In this document: positions 53,393-62,705 of the stretch, piece after piece
Layout of the letters: every line of letters begins with the position of its first letter
How positions within the stretch are numbered: the stretch's first letter is position 1
Origin: an uncultured Alphaproteobacteria bacterium
GTDB lineage: Bacteria; Pseudomonadota; Alphaproteobacteria; Bin95
Direction of reading: 5' to 3'
Length of the DNA stretch: 64,000 nt
Assembly (NCBI GenBank): GCA_938083135.1
Contig: CALLKY010000012.1
Coordinates: 986-64,985 of the forward strand
Notes under the pieces: generated by a model
What the model was told of the DNA's origin: nothing
The model's input: only the letters and a program-made list of their open reading frames with translations
Database searches by the model: none
Translations under genes and position numbers: made by a program

Positions 53393-53890
53393 ATGCCTCA
53401 GTTTGATCCCACTTGGTTCGTTAGCCAGATATTCTGGCTCGTTCTGGTGTTTGGCGCGCTCTATTGGCTCATGGTCAAGCGCGCGCTTCCTAAGGTCTCC
53501 AAGGCTTTAGATGCCCGTGCAGAGCGGATTCAGGGCGATCTTGATCGTGCTGCAAAGCTTCAGCGCGATGCGGAGATCACGGCGGAGACCTATGAAGCCG
53601 CTATCGCCAAGGCGCGTGATGAAGCCCGGGAGGCTATTCGCGCCGCCCAGGTCGCAACCGTCGCTGATCTTGATGCACGTCAGGATGTGCTGTCCAAAGA
53701 ACTGGCGGCTCAAGCCAGCGCTGCGGAAGCACGCATTGCAGAAGCAAGCAAAGATGCGATGGCCAGCGTGCGCGAAATCGCCGTTGGAACAGCACAGGCT
53801 GCTGCCGGTCACTTGATCGGCGGCAATGTTGATGAAGCCAAGGCCGCATCCGCGGTTGATGGCATCCTCAACCGCCAGACCACCCACTAG
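53393..53890 (+). CDS. F0F1 ATP synthase subunit b'
   Basis: The N-terminus MPQFDPTWFVSQIFWLVLVFGALYWLM is typical of alphaproteobacterial b' subunits. It is followed by a long charged helix. Confidence 0.85.
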   Translation: MPQFDPTWFVSQIFWLVLVFGALYWLMVKRALPKVSKALDARAERIQGDLDRAAKLQRDAEITAETYEAAIAKARDEAREAIRAAQVATVADLDARQDVLSKELAAQASAAEARIAEASKDAMASVREIAVGTAQAAAGHLIGGNVDEAKAASAVDGILNRQTTH

Positions 53891-53911
53891 GCGCGGCTGG
53901 GAGCCGAACCG

Positions 53912-54388
53912 ATGACAGAGACACATATCGTCGCCATCGCGCTGGTAATCTTCCTGGCGCTCGTGTGGTGGAAGGGCCGTCACGCCATTCTAGGCGGGAT
54001 CGATAAAAAGATCGCGCAAATCCGCACAGAAATCGATGACGCCGGCAGGCTCCGTGAGGAGGCCGAGCGCCTCTATGCAGAGAATGCCAAAAAGGCTGAA
54101 AATTCTGATGCAGAGTCTGCTGCAATCGTGGCCCAGGCAAAAGCCGAAGCAGAACGGATGCAAGCGGACGCCATCGCCAACTTTGAGGCGATGACAGAAC
54201 GTCGGCGTGAACAGGCTAAAGCCAAGATCGCGCAAGCCGAAGCTGAAGCCATTCGCGCGGTTCGAATTGAAGCGACGCGGGTTGCGATGCAAGCTGCCCG
54301 TGAGATCATCCGGGATGAACTTTCCGGTGATCAGGCTGATGCGTTGCTGAACCAAGCTATTGAAGACTTGCCGCGCCGCCTTAGCTAA
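53912..54388 (+). CDS. atpF: F0F1 ATP synthase subunit b
   Basis: It has a single N-terminal TM segment (IVAIALVIFLALVWW) and a long Ala/Glu/Arg helix. It is the second b-type gene in the operon. Confidence 0.85.
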   Translation: MTETHIVAIALVIFLALVWWKGRHAILGGIDKKIAQIRTEIDDAGRLREEAERLYAENAKKAENSDAESAAIVAQAKAEAERMQADAIANFEAMTERRREQAKAKIAQAEAEAIRAVRIEATRVAMQAAREIIRDELSGDQADALLNQAIEDLPRRLS

Positions 54389-54420
54389 GCGCGCCCAACC
54401 CATCGCTTTCAGGAAAAACC

Positions 54421-54633
54421 ATGGCCAAGCTTCAGATCGTTCTTAAAGACTCGGTCCACCCGATTGAGATCGAAACGAGCAGCATTGCAGCGACCCGGAT
54501 CCTGAACCGCTACACGCTGTTCATGCAGAATGGCAAACAGGCGAGCTATAAGTTCCCGCTGGACGCACCGATGGCCGGGTTCTTATCTGTGTCATTTGAG
54601 AATGTTCTGTCCGTTATGCTGCAGACGGACTGA
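54421..54633 (+). CDS. hypothetical small protein (70 aa)
   Basis: The ORF has an AGGAAAAACC leader. It starts 32 nt after atpF and ends 14 nt before the epimerase gene. No family was recognised. Confidence 0.4.
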   Translation: MAKLQIVLKDSVHPIEIETSSIAATRILNRYTLFMQNGKQASYKFPLDAPMAGFLSVSFENVLSVMLQTD

Positions 54634-54647
54634 TCGTCCGGTCCGGC

Positions 54648-55661
54648 ATGCCGGAGACTCGGAAACTCCTCGTAACCGGTGCTGCCGGATTTATCGGTTT
54701 TCATGTCGCCAGTGCACTTCTGCGCCGCGGTGACACAGTTATCGGCCTCGACAACGTCAATACATACTATGACCCGAAGCTAAAGCGGGATCGCTTGGCG
54801 CTGCTGAATGCGACGCCAGGTTTTTCATTTGTCGAAGCGGACATTGCCAATCCAGGCACATTTGATCGCCTGCCTGATGATGTTGCTGGCGTGATCCACT
54901 TGGCGGCGCAAGCCGGGGTCCGGCACAGCTATGAGCATCCGGAAGAGTTTATCCCAAGCAATCTGGTCGGGTTTTACAATGCTGCTGCCTTCGCGGTTGC
55001 ACGCAAAGTGGGCCATTTCGTATTTGCTTCCACAAGTTCGGTTTACGGCCCTGGCCCAGAGCGACCTTCAACAGAAGCCATGGCAGCGAACCATCCGCTT
55101 AGCCTGTATGCCGCTACGAAAAAGTCCAATGAAGCGATGGCGCACGCGCTCTCTCACATTAACCGTCTGCCAGTAACGGGGCTGCGCTTCTTTACGGTTT
55201 ACGGGCCATGGGGCCGGCCTGATATGAGCTTCTTCCGCTTCGCTAAGGCGATCATCGCAGGCGAGCCAATTGATCTGCATAACCATGGCCAGATGACGCG
55301 GGATTTCACCTTTGTGGACGACATTGTTGCGGGCGTACTGGCTGCATATGACAAGCCCCCTCACGTGGATGCAGCATGGGCAGACGCACCGTCATCGGGC
55401 ACGAGTGGGGCGGCACCCTATCGGATTTTCAACATTGGCTCCGGTCGACCGGTCGACCTCGCCACATATGTCGCCGCATTTGAGCGCGCTATAGGCAAAA
55501 AGGTGATCACGCGGAATGTGCCCATGCATCCTGGCGAGGCCCTGGATACCCATGCGGACGCTTCGGCATTGGCCGCCTGGACGGGCGCTTCTCCTGAAAC
55601 ATCATTGGATGATGGCGTCGCACGTTTTGTCGCGTGGTATCGTGACTACTACAGCGTCTAA
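54648..55661 (+). CDS. NAD-dependent nucleotide-sugar epimerase (UDP-glucuronate 4-epimerase-like SDR)
   Basis: It has the Rossmann motif VTGAAGFIGFHV, the catalytic YAATKKSNE, and RFFTVYGPWGRPDM. Confidence 0.85.
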   Translation: MPETRKLLVTGAAGFIGFHVASALLRRGDTVIGLDNVNTYYDPKLKRDRLALLNATPGFSFVEADIANPGTFDRLPDDVAGVIHLAAQAGVRHSYEHPEEFIPSNLVGFYNAAAFAVARKVGHFVFASTSSVYGPGPERPSTEAMAANHPLSLYAATKKSNEAMAHALSHINRLPVTGLRFFTVYGPWGRPDMSFFRFAKAIIAGEPIDLHNHGQMTRDFTFVDDIVAGVLAAYDKPPHVDAAWADAPSSGTSGAAPYRIFNIGSGRPVDLATYVAAFERAIGKKVITRNVPMHPGEALDTHADASALAAWTGASPETSLDDGVARFVAWYRDYYSV

Positions 55662-55681
55662 CCGGCTGATATGATGCTGCC

Positions 55682-55972
55682 ATGTTGTTGATCCCTTGCC
55701 CATATTGTGGTGATCGCCCTGAAACGGAATTCTCGTTTGGTGGCGAAGCGCACCTGCACCGTCCTGACCCGGGCTCTGCTGATGATGCTGCGTGGGCGGA
55801 GCTATTATTCCTCCGCGAGAATACCAAAGGCTGGACGCGGGAACGCTGGCGTCACGGCGCTGGCTGTGGGCGCTGGTTCAACTTGACCCGGAATACGGCC
55901 ACGAACATCGTCGGGGATTCCTATCCCATGGGCGCGCCAAAGCCTGCATTTCCAAAGGCATCGGGCTCGTGA
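55682..55972 (+). CDS. soxD: sarcosine oxidase delta subunit family protein
   Basis: It begins MLLIPCPYCGDRPETEFSFGGEAH with a zinc-ribbon-like CxxC, and has ...HGAGCGRWFN. Confidence 0.85.
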   Translation: MLLIPCPYCGDRPETEFSFGGEAHLHRPDPGSADDAAWAELLFLRENTKGWTRERWRHGAGCGRWFNLTRNTATNIVGDSYPMGAPKPAFPKASGS

Positions 55973-58899
55973 AGAACAGGCGGATGTCTACTGGCGGGCG
56001 GATCGATCGATCTCGGCCCCTTTCGTTCAAATTTGGTAGGCACGCCTATAGCGGTTTTGCTGGTGATACAGTCGCGTCTGCCCTGCTTGCCAATGGTGTT
56101 GATGTCATCGGGCGCTCTTTCAAGCGCCACCGCCCGCGCGGATTGCTGTCCCTTGGGATCGAGGAGCCGAATGCGGTTCTCAATATTGGGCAGGGGCGGA
56201 ATGGCCTGCCAAATAGGATCGCCAGTGAAGTTCCGCTGACGCCCGGATTGGAAGCCTGGCCGACAAGGGGGTGGCCATCTCCACAGTTTGATTTGGCCGC
56301 AATCCTGGGTACGTGGCCGGCACCGCTCGCTGCTGGGTTCTATTACAAGACATTCATGGGGCCAGGCCTGCCGCGCGCACTGCTTGGCGGACGAGATGCC
56401 TGGAACGGCCTTTGGGAACCTGTGCTGCGACGGATGGCCGGGCAAGGCACAGCGCCGGATGGGATTGACCCGGACGCCTATGAGCACATGAACATCTACG
56501 TCGATGTCGCCGTTGTCGGCGCAGGCCTGGCAGGCCTTGCAGCGGCAGATACAGCGGTGCAGGCCGGTGCTTCGGTCGCCATTGTCGAGCGTGACACTGT
56601 TCCCGGTGGGCGTACGCTTAGTGCTGCGCGCCAGTCGATGATCGATGGTCGTCCGGCAGATGCGTGGGCCAGTGAAACGTTTGCTGCCGTCGCGTCCAAT
56701 CCTGGGGCTTATGCGCTGCTGCGCACAACAGCCTTCGGGCTTTATGACCAAGGCTATCTGGCCGCTGTCGAACTACCGGCAGATGGCAAAACGGCAGGCC
56801 GGATTTGGCATATTCGGGCGCGCAAAATCGTTCTGGCGACGGGCGCTATGGAGCGTCCCATGGTGTGTCCAGGCAATGACCGCCCCGGCGTCATGCTGGC
56901 AGGTGCCATGGAATCCGCCATTGCCCGCTATGCCGTGAGACCTGGCGACAGGGCCGTTATCTTTGCCAATCACCGGGGGATGGATGGTCTGGAAGCTGCG
57001 TTTGCAGACGCGGACATCCACGTCGCTGCCCGGGTTGCCATTGATGAAACGGTGACAGGCGTGCAGGCATCCCGTGGGCGTTTGCTCAGTGTTGATATCG
57101 CGCCCGTGCGGGATGGCGCGCCGGATATGACCCAGCGTCGCCGCGTTTCAGCGGACATCATGGCGACATCTGGCGGATGGACCCCTGCATTGCAATTGCA
57201 TGTGATGACCGGTGGCCGCCAACGCTGGGATGAGACGCTGGGGTGCTTCCTAGCAGATGGCGGTGGACAGGATGGCATCCTAATCGCCGGTGCCGCCGCT
57301 GGAAACTTTACGGCCGCAGCGGCTATTGCAGATGGCCTTGCCAGGGGGGCGGATGCTGCGGGCGTCGATGCGGGACCGATCCCGCCCGTGCAAGACTTCG
57401 CTGGCCCACCGGAAGGCCAGGGCATTCCTATTGCGCCTATGACCCATGGCAGCGCCCGCAAGCGCGCCTTCGTTGATATGCAGCATGACGTGACGGTCGC
57501 AGATTTAGAATTGGCCGCCCGCGAAGGCTTCACCGCCATCGAACACGCTAAGCGCTACACCACTGCTGGCATGGCGACGGATCAGGGGCGGACGGCGCAA
57601 GTCGCAACGGCTGCCGTAGTCGCGGCTGCGACAGGTCGGACGATTGGCGATGTCGGCGTTTCAGGCCTCCGCCCGCCGGTGACGCCAGTGCCGTTTGGTG
57701 CCCTTGGCGGCAGGCGTGTTGGGCCATTGTTTGATCTCGTCCGTAAAACACCGACCCATGCACGGCAGAAAGCGCTCGGCGCTGTCTTCGAAGATGTCGG
57801 CCAATGGAAGCGGGCGCGCTATTACCCGCACCCTGATGAAAGCATGCGGGATGCTGTGGCACGAGAATGCGCTGCCGTTAGGGCGCGCGCTGGGGCTTTG
57901 GATGTCTCGACCCTTGGCAAGATAGATGTGCAAGGGCCGGATGCTGCGGAGTTCATGAACCGCCTCTATACCAATCGCATGGATACGCTGAAGCCCGGCC
58001 GCTGCCGTTATGGCTTGATGCTGAAAGACGACGGTATGGTGTTTGATGATGGTGTCGTCGCCCGGATAACGGCGGACCACTATCACCTCACCACAACGTC
58101 AGGGAATGCAGCCGCGGTCATGGACTGGCTGGAAGACTGGCTACAAACGGAATGGCCGCATCTCCGCGTTCGGTTAACCTCCGTCACTGAGCAATGGGCG
58201 GGCGTCGCAGTGGCCGGGCCAGATGCGCGGCAGATTGTTTCACGGTTAGCGCCAGAGGCTGATTTATCCAATGAAGCGTTGCCGCATCTCGCCTGGACGG
58301 ATGCCGAAGTCTCCACAGGGCAGGCGCGGATATACCGGGTTAGTTTTTCTGGCGAGATGGGCTTTGAAATCAATGTGCCCTGGCGTCAGGGCCAGGCGCT
58401 TTGGGATGCGGTAACGGCTGCAGGTGCGGTGCCATATGGTACGGAAGCAATGCATGTGCTGCGTGCAGAAAAGGGCTTCATCGTCGTTGGCCATGAAACC
58501 GACGGCACTGTGACGCCGCATGACCTTGGCATGAGCTGGATCGTCTCCGCTAAGAAGGCGGATTTCATTGGCAAGCGTGGTTTGGCCAGGCCTGCACTTG
58601 TTGCTAAGGGGCGCAAGCAGCTTGTTGGCCTGGAACCAGAAGACGCATCTGTCGTACTGGATGAAGGCGCGCAGATTATTACTGATCCCAATGCACCGCC
58701 GCCCACGCCGATGCTGGGCCACGTGACCTCTAGTTACTGGAGTGAGGCCATGGGGCTTGGAATCGCCATGGCGCTCATCAAGGATGGCGCAGACCGACAT
58801 GGTGAGCGTCTGTGGGCCTGGAGCCTGGGTCAGGCCCATTCTGTGCGGGTTCGCGATCCAATTTTCTATGATGTCGAAGGAGTGCGGATGCATGGCTGA
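55969..58899 (+). CDS. soxA: sarcosine oxidase alpha subunit family protein
   Basis: It has an N-terminal 2Fe-2S-like/SoxA_A3 region, the dinucleotide fold VAVVGAGLAGLAAA, and a C-terminal GcvT-like folate-binding domain (FSGEMGFEINVP). The GTG at 55969 overlaps the soxD stop (alternative ATG at 55984). Confidence 0.9.
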   Translation: MKNRRMSTGGRIDRSRPLSFKFGRHAYSGFAGDTVASALLANGVDVIGRSFKRHRPRGLLSLGIEEPNAVLNIGQGRNGLPNRIASEVPLTPGLEAWPTRGWPSPQFDLAAILGTWPAPLAAGFYYKTFMGPGLPRALLGGRDAWNGLWEPVLRRMAGQGTAPDGIDPDAYEHMNIYVDVAVVGAGLAGLAAADTAVQAGASVAIVERDTVPGGRTLSAARQSMIDGRPADAWASETFAAVASNPGAYALLRTTAFGLYDQGYLAAVELPADGKTAGRIWHIRARKIVLATGAMERPMVCPGNDRPGVMLAGAMESAIARYAVRPGDRAVIFANHRGMDGLEAAFADADIHVAARVAIDETVTGVQASRGRLLSVDIAPVRDGAPDMTQRRRVSADIMATSGGWTPALQLHVMTGGRQRWDETLGCFLADGGGQDGILIAGAAAGNFTAAAAIADGLARGADAAGVDAGPIPPVQDFAGPPEGQGIPIAPMTHGSARKRAFVDMQHDVTVADLELAAREGFTAIEHAKRYTTAGMATDQGRTAQVATAAVVAAATGRTIGDVGVSGLRPPVTPVPFGALGGRRVGPLFDLVRKTPTHARQKALGAVFEDVGQWKRARYYPHPDESMRDAVARECAAVRARAGALDVSTLGKIDVQGPDAAEFMNRLYTNRMDTLKPGRCRYGLMLKDDGMVFDDGVVARITADHYHLTTTSGNAAAVMDWLEDWLQTEWPHLRVRLTSVTEQWAGVAVAGPDARQIVSRLAPEADLSNEALPHLAWTDAEVSTGQARIYRVSFSGEMGFEINVPWRQGQALWDAVTAAGAVPYGTEAMHVLRAEKGFIVVGHETDGTVTPHDLGMSWIVSAKKADFIGKRGLARPALVAKGRKQLVGLEPEDASVVLDEGAQIITDPNAPPPTPMLGHVTSSYWSEAMGLGIAMALIKDGADRHGERLWAWSLGQAHSVRVRDPIFYDVEGVRMHG

Positions 58900-59470
58900 A
58901 GCCGCCGCAAACTGGTCCCCGTTTGGTGATAGTGGCAGAGACCTGCCGATGACCCGCGCTGGCACGACTGTTTCCATTGCTGAGACGCCCGCGACGTTCG
59001 TTCTACAAGGTAATTGTAGCGACGGGCCTTTCTATAAGGCCGGGGAGAAAGCGCTTGGCCTCTCACTGCCGAAAGTCGTCAGCGAGGTGTCACGGTCCAA
59101 CACCTGCCGTGCATTTTGGCTGGGGCCTGATATGTGGCTGGTGCTCGCATCTGAGGCAGAGGCCGTTGAAACATCGCAACGCTTGTCCGTTTTGACGGCA
59201 CGATTCCTCCATGCCAGCTTTATTGAAACGACAGAGACCCGCGCCTGGCTTAGGCTTGAAGGGCCGTCCGCGCGGCAAACATTGATGAAATTGACGGCGC
59301 GTGACTTCCGTGACGACGCTTTTCCTGTGGGCGCTTGCGTTGGTGCCTTGCTTGGGCCGCTGCATGTCCTGGTGGAGCGGTCTGGCGAGGACGCTTATCT
59401 CATTGCGGGACCAACCTCATCCGCAGAATTTTTGGCCACTATGATGCGTGATGCATTGGCCTACGCATAA
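58892..59470 (+). CDS. soxG: sarcosine oxidase gamma subunit family protein
   Basis: 192-aa ORF overlapping the soxA end by 8 nt. Its position and size fit SoxG. Confidence 0.7.
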   Translation: MAEAAANWSPFGDSGRDLPMTRAGTTVSIAETPATFVLQGNCSDGPFYKAGEKALGLSLPKVVSEVSRSNTCRAFWLGPDMWLVLASEAEAVETSQRLSVLTARFLHASFIETTETRAWLRLEGPSARQTLMKLTARDFRDDAFPVGACVGALLGPLHVLVERSGEDAYLIAGPTSSAEFLATMMRDALAYA

Positions 59471-59482
59471 GGACCGATACGT

Positions 59483-60259
59483 ATGTCTGAAATGATTGAG
59501 CGCCCGCTTGCGAGCGACACGACGGAAACCTTGCTGAATCGGGTTAGCGTTCGCAGCTACACCGATGAGCCGGTGACAGATGAGCAGGTCAACGCTGTGC
59601 TCGGTGCAGCATTTCGAGCACCGACATCCTCTAACATCCAGTCCTACAGCGTCGTTGTGGTGCGGGACCCGGATAGGTTGGCGAAACTTGCTGTCGTCAC
59701 CTCAGGACAGAAGCACGTGGCGAACGCACCGGTATTCCTGGCGTTCTGTGCGGACCTGACGCGGATTGATGCTGCTGTTCGGTCCAATGGCGGCAATATT
59801 GAAGGCAATAACCTGGAGACTGGGCTTGTATCTTCGGTTGATGCGGCGCTTGTTGGGATGTCGGCCTACTTGGCTGCAGACTCGCTTGGGATGAAGGGTG
59901 TCATGATTGGTGCCGTTCGCAATAACGCCAAGGAAACGGCAGAGATTTTAGGCCTGCCGCGCCGGGTGTTCTGCGTCTTTGGCATGGTACTTGGCTGGCC
60001 GGATAAAGTGCCGCCACAGAAGCCTCGCATGGCGTTCGACAGCGTGGTCCATTACGAGCAATACGGCAAAACGAAAAGTGGTGCCGAGCTCGACCCCGGC
60101 GTGGCGGCATATGACAAGGCGCTGGCCGCGCATTATGAATCCATTGGCGTTAAAACGACCCCGGATTCCTGGTCGCACGATGCTGCGAAGAAGTTCATTC
60201 CAGAGCCACGGCAGAATCTGCGTAAGGAACTGGCAGACCTAGGGTTCGATTTCCTCTGA
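59483..60259 (+). CDS. NfsA-like NADPH-dependent nitroreductase family protein
   Basis: The nitroreductase fold is indicated by RVSVRSYTDEPVTDEQVNAVLGAAFRAPTSSNIQSYSVVVV. It is 258 aa. Confidence 0.8.
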   Translation: MSEMIERPLASDTTETLLNRVSVRSYTDEPVTDEQVNAVLGAAFRAPTSSNIQSYSVVVVRDPDRLAKLAVVTSGQKHVANAPVFLAFCADLTRIDAAVRSNGGNIEGNNLETGLVSSVDAALVGMSAYLAADSLGMKGVMIGAVRNNAKETAEILGLPRRVFCVFGMVLGWPDKVPPQKPRMAFDSVVHYEQYGKTKSGAELDPGVAAYDKALAAHYESIGVKTTPDSWSHDAAKKFIPEPRQNLRKELADLGFDFL

Positions 60260-61480
60260 TTGCCCGAACAGCGCTGATCGCCATGTGAAGGCGATTAGCG
60301 CCGTAAGGGCCAGGCCTGATCCGGCGAAAATCCATGTGGTCGCCTGAAAGCCGAAGTTGTCGATGAGTTGCCCTGCAATGGCGAGGCCGATGGGCAAGCC
60401 ATAGACCGCGAGCATGCGCACGCCCATCACCCGGCCCCGGAAACGGGCATCGGTGAAGCGCAGTAGGGCCACCGCCATGGAAATCATGGCCAGGCCTTGG
60501 GCGACGCCGATTAAAAACAGAATGACCATGCCCTGCGTCTGGGTTTCCGTGAACCCATAAGCGACGAGCAGCACATACCAGACAGCAATGCCGCCAAAGA
60601 CCAGCCGGACCGGCCGCCGCGCCCCGCCCATGGCCGCCAAGCCAATGGACGCCAGCAGCGCCCCCACGCCATAGCTTGCCGCTAAGACAGAGAGACCGGT
60701 TGCATCAAGATTGTAGATGTCATGGGCGACATAGGGCAGCAGCCCACTGTTTGAGACCATGGGAAATCCGGTCAGGTTGGCCAAAAACGCCAGCCACATA
60801 AGCGCCAGCGTCGCCGGCGACCGACGGACAGCAGCAAGGCCATCAAGCACGGATCGAACCGGCGACGGGCGTGGGCCGGGCTCCTCCTCCGCTTGGACAT
60901 GCTCTACGCCAAGCGTTAGCGCCAAGCTGACCAGATACATCAGCGACACCACACCATATGCCACGCCTAGGCCAAGGCTGACGAGCAAGCCTGCGCCGAC
61001 CAGCGGCCCTAATGTGCGGGCAGAATCCATGGTTGTCCGCGAAAGGCTCATGGCATTGGTTAGGCGGGCCGTGGGCATGGTATCGCCGATCAGTGCGTTC
61101 CTCATGACAAGGTCGGACGGGCGCACGAGCCCCGCGAAAGCAGCGATGGCGAACACGAAGATTGGCTCGATCGCGCCGGTGAAATCCAGCGTCATGATCA
61201 AGAGCGCTAACGCGGCATAGGTCGCGCGCAGGCCACACAAAACGCGGCGGCGACCAACCCGGTCCGCCAATGCACCGACACCAGGGGCGATCAGTGATCC
61301 CAGGTATTGCAGGCCCGCAAACAGGCTGAGCAGCACGACGGATTCCGTTTCCAGCAGCACATACCAGTTCAGAATCAGCAGCTCCATCTCCAACGCCCAG
61401 GATGTCAGCAGGTCTGACGGCCATTGGAAGCGGAAGCTGCGGACTGAAAATGCGGCAAGGAATTTAGTGCGCTCTCTCAT
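60239..61480 (-). CDS. MFS transporter
   Basis: 413 aa, about 12 TM segments, with the loop motif GALADRVGRRRVL. Its 3' end overlaps the convergent nitroreductase gene by 21 nt. Confidence 0.85.
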   Translation of the reverse strand: MRERTKFLAAFSVRSFRFQWPSDLLTSWALEMELLILNWYVLLETESVVLLSLFAGLQYLGSLIAPGVGALADRVGRRRVLCGLRATYAALALLIMTLDFTGAIEPIFVFAIAAFAGLVRPSDLVMRNALIGDTMPTARLTNAMSLSRTTMDSARTLGPLVGAGLLVSLGLGVAYGVVSLMYLVSLALTLGVEHVQAEEEPGPRPSPVRSVLDGLAAVRRSPATLALMWLAFLANLTGFPMVSNSGLLPYVAHDIYNLDATGLSVLAASYGVGALLASIGLAAMGGARRPVRLVFGGIAVWYVLLVAYGFTETQTQGMVILFLIGVAQGLAMISMAVALLRFTDARFRGRVMGVRMLAVYGLPIGLAIAGQLIDNFGFQATTWIFAGSGLALTALIAFTWRSALFGQSEEIEP

Positions 61481-61561
61481 ATACGCATTAGCTTACAGAA
61501 AGCGTTGTCGCCGTCGACTGCCCTGTTTCGCAGCGTTTCCTAGCGTGCCAGACTTGGGGCT

Positions 61562-62677
61562 ATGAATGATGCACCGAATCCCTTTCTAGAAGCCCTCGCG
61601 GGTGCCGTATTGCCGTTGCTGTATGCAATGGATGCGTTGAGTTTCGCCCGCCAGCGGGTTGATCCTTTCACGATGCCGCAGCTGCACGATGCCGTTGGCC
61701 ATACGGCTGAACCGCTAGAGGAGGCGCTGCCCGCGTTCCGTGCGGCGGAGTGGCCGGAGGGCGAAGGCCTCGCTGATTTCCGCGAGCGGGTTGAAACGGC
61801 GGCGGCCGGTGTCGCCCAAGCCTTTGCTGGATTGAAAGCGGCTGCAGAGATTGAAGGCTTTGACGCCCTCCGCCTTGCCCGGCGCGGCTTTAAAGGATTG
61901 CTGGAGGCTGAACGCGCGCTCTATCCGATGGCTGCATTGTCGCCACCGATCAGCACCTATTTTTTGAGCGATGATGCCCGCGCGAATGCAGCCCTTGCTG
62001 CGCAATTGGAGGCGGCGGCAGATAATCCGCACCCATCGGGCGGCATTCTGGAGCAACCGGGGCCGGATGGTCCAAACGGCGGATATGCACGCTATATCCC
62101 GGAATACCTGGACGCATCTGTAGCTGCACCTGTCATCATTGCGCTGCATGGTGGACGCGGAAATGGCCCAGAATTTCTGTGGTCCTGGCTACAGGCGGCC
62201 CGGGCGCGCGGATGCGTCTTGCTGGCACCAACGGCGCTTGGCGATACTTGGGCGATCAGCAGTGATGATGTGGATAGCCCAAATATTGACCGCATCCTGG
62301 CTGAGACAGAGACCGCCCAGCCGCTTGACCGCTCCCGCGTGTTGCTAACGGGCATGAGCGACGGCGGCACGTTTTCCTATGTTTTGGGTTTAATGGATGG
62401 CTCCCCCGCGACGCATCTAGCCCCCTTCGCCGCCAGTTTCCATCCCATGCTGCTGGAATTTGTTTCACCGGCGCGCGTTGCCGGCCTCCCAATCCGCCTG
62501 ACCCATGGCGGACGGGACTGGATGTTTGCTATCGACATGGCGCGCACGGCTGCGGCTGCATTCCAGTCAAAATCTGCCCAGATCGAATTCCATGAATTAC
62601 CAGACCGGGCGCACGTATTCCCAGCAGACCAAACAGCGGCGACGCTGGACTGGTTCTTGGGCGAAGCAACTGCCTGA
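61562..62677 (+). CDS. alpha/beta hydrolase (carboxylesterase/PHB-depolymerase-like) with an N-terminal domain of unknown function
   Basis: The C-terminal half has VIIALHGGRGNG, the nucleophile elbow GMSDGG and a late HG.RD segment. The N-terminal ~190 aa are helical and unassigned. Confidence 0.65.
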   Translation: MNDAPNPFLEALAGAVLPLLYAMDALSFARQRVDPFTMPQLHDAVGHTAEPLEEALPAFRAAEWPEGEGLADFRERVETAAAGVAQAFAGLKAAAEIEGFDALRLARRGFKGLLEAERALYPMAALSPPISTYFLSDDARANAALAAQLEAAADNPHPSGGILEQPGPDGPNGGYARYIPEYLDASVAAPVIIALHGGRGNGPEFLWSWLQAARARGCVLLAPTALGDTWAISSDDVDSPNIDRILAETETAQPLDRSRVLLTGMSDGGTFSYVLGLMDGSPATHLAPFAASFHPMLLEFVSPARVAGLPIRLTHGGRDWMFAIDMARTAAAAFQSKSAQIEFHELPDRAHVFPADQTAATLDWFLGEATA

Positions 62678-62705
62678 CTTGAATAATGTTTAGGAGCGAC
62701 CTCAC

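Noticed and set aside
60239-60259. 21-nt overlap of the 3' ends of the convergent nitroreductase and MFS genes.
   Set aside because: Short convergent overlaps are common in compact GC-rich genomes. Nothing suggests a regulatory role beyond possible transcriptional interference.
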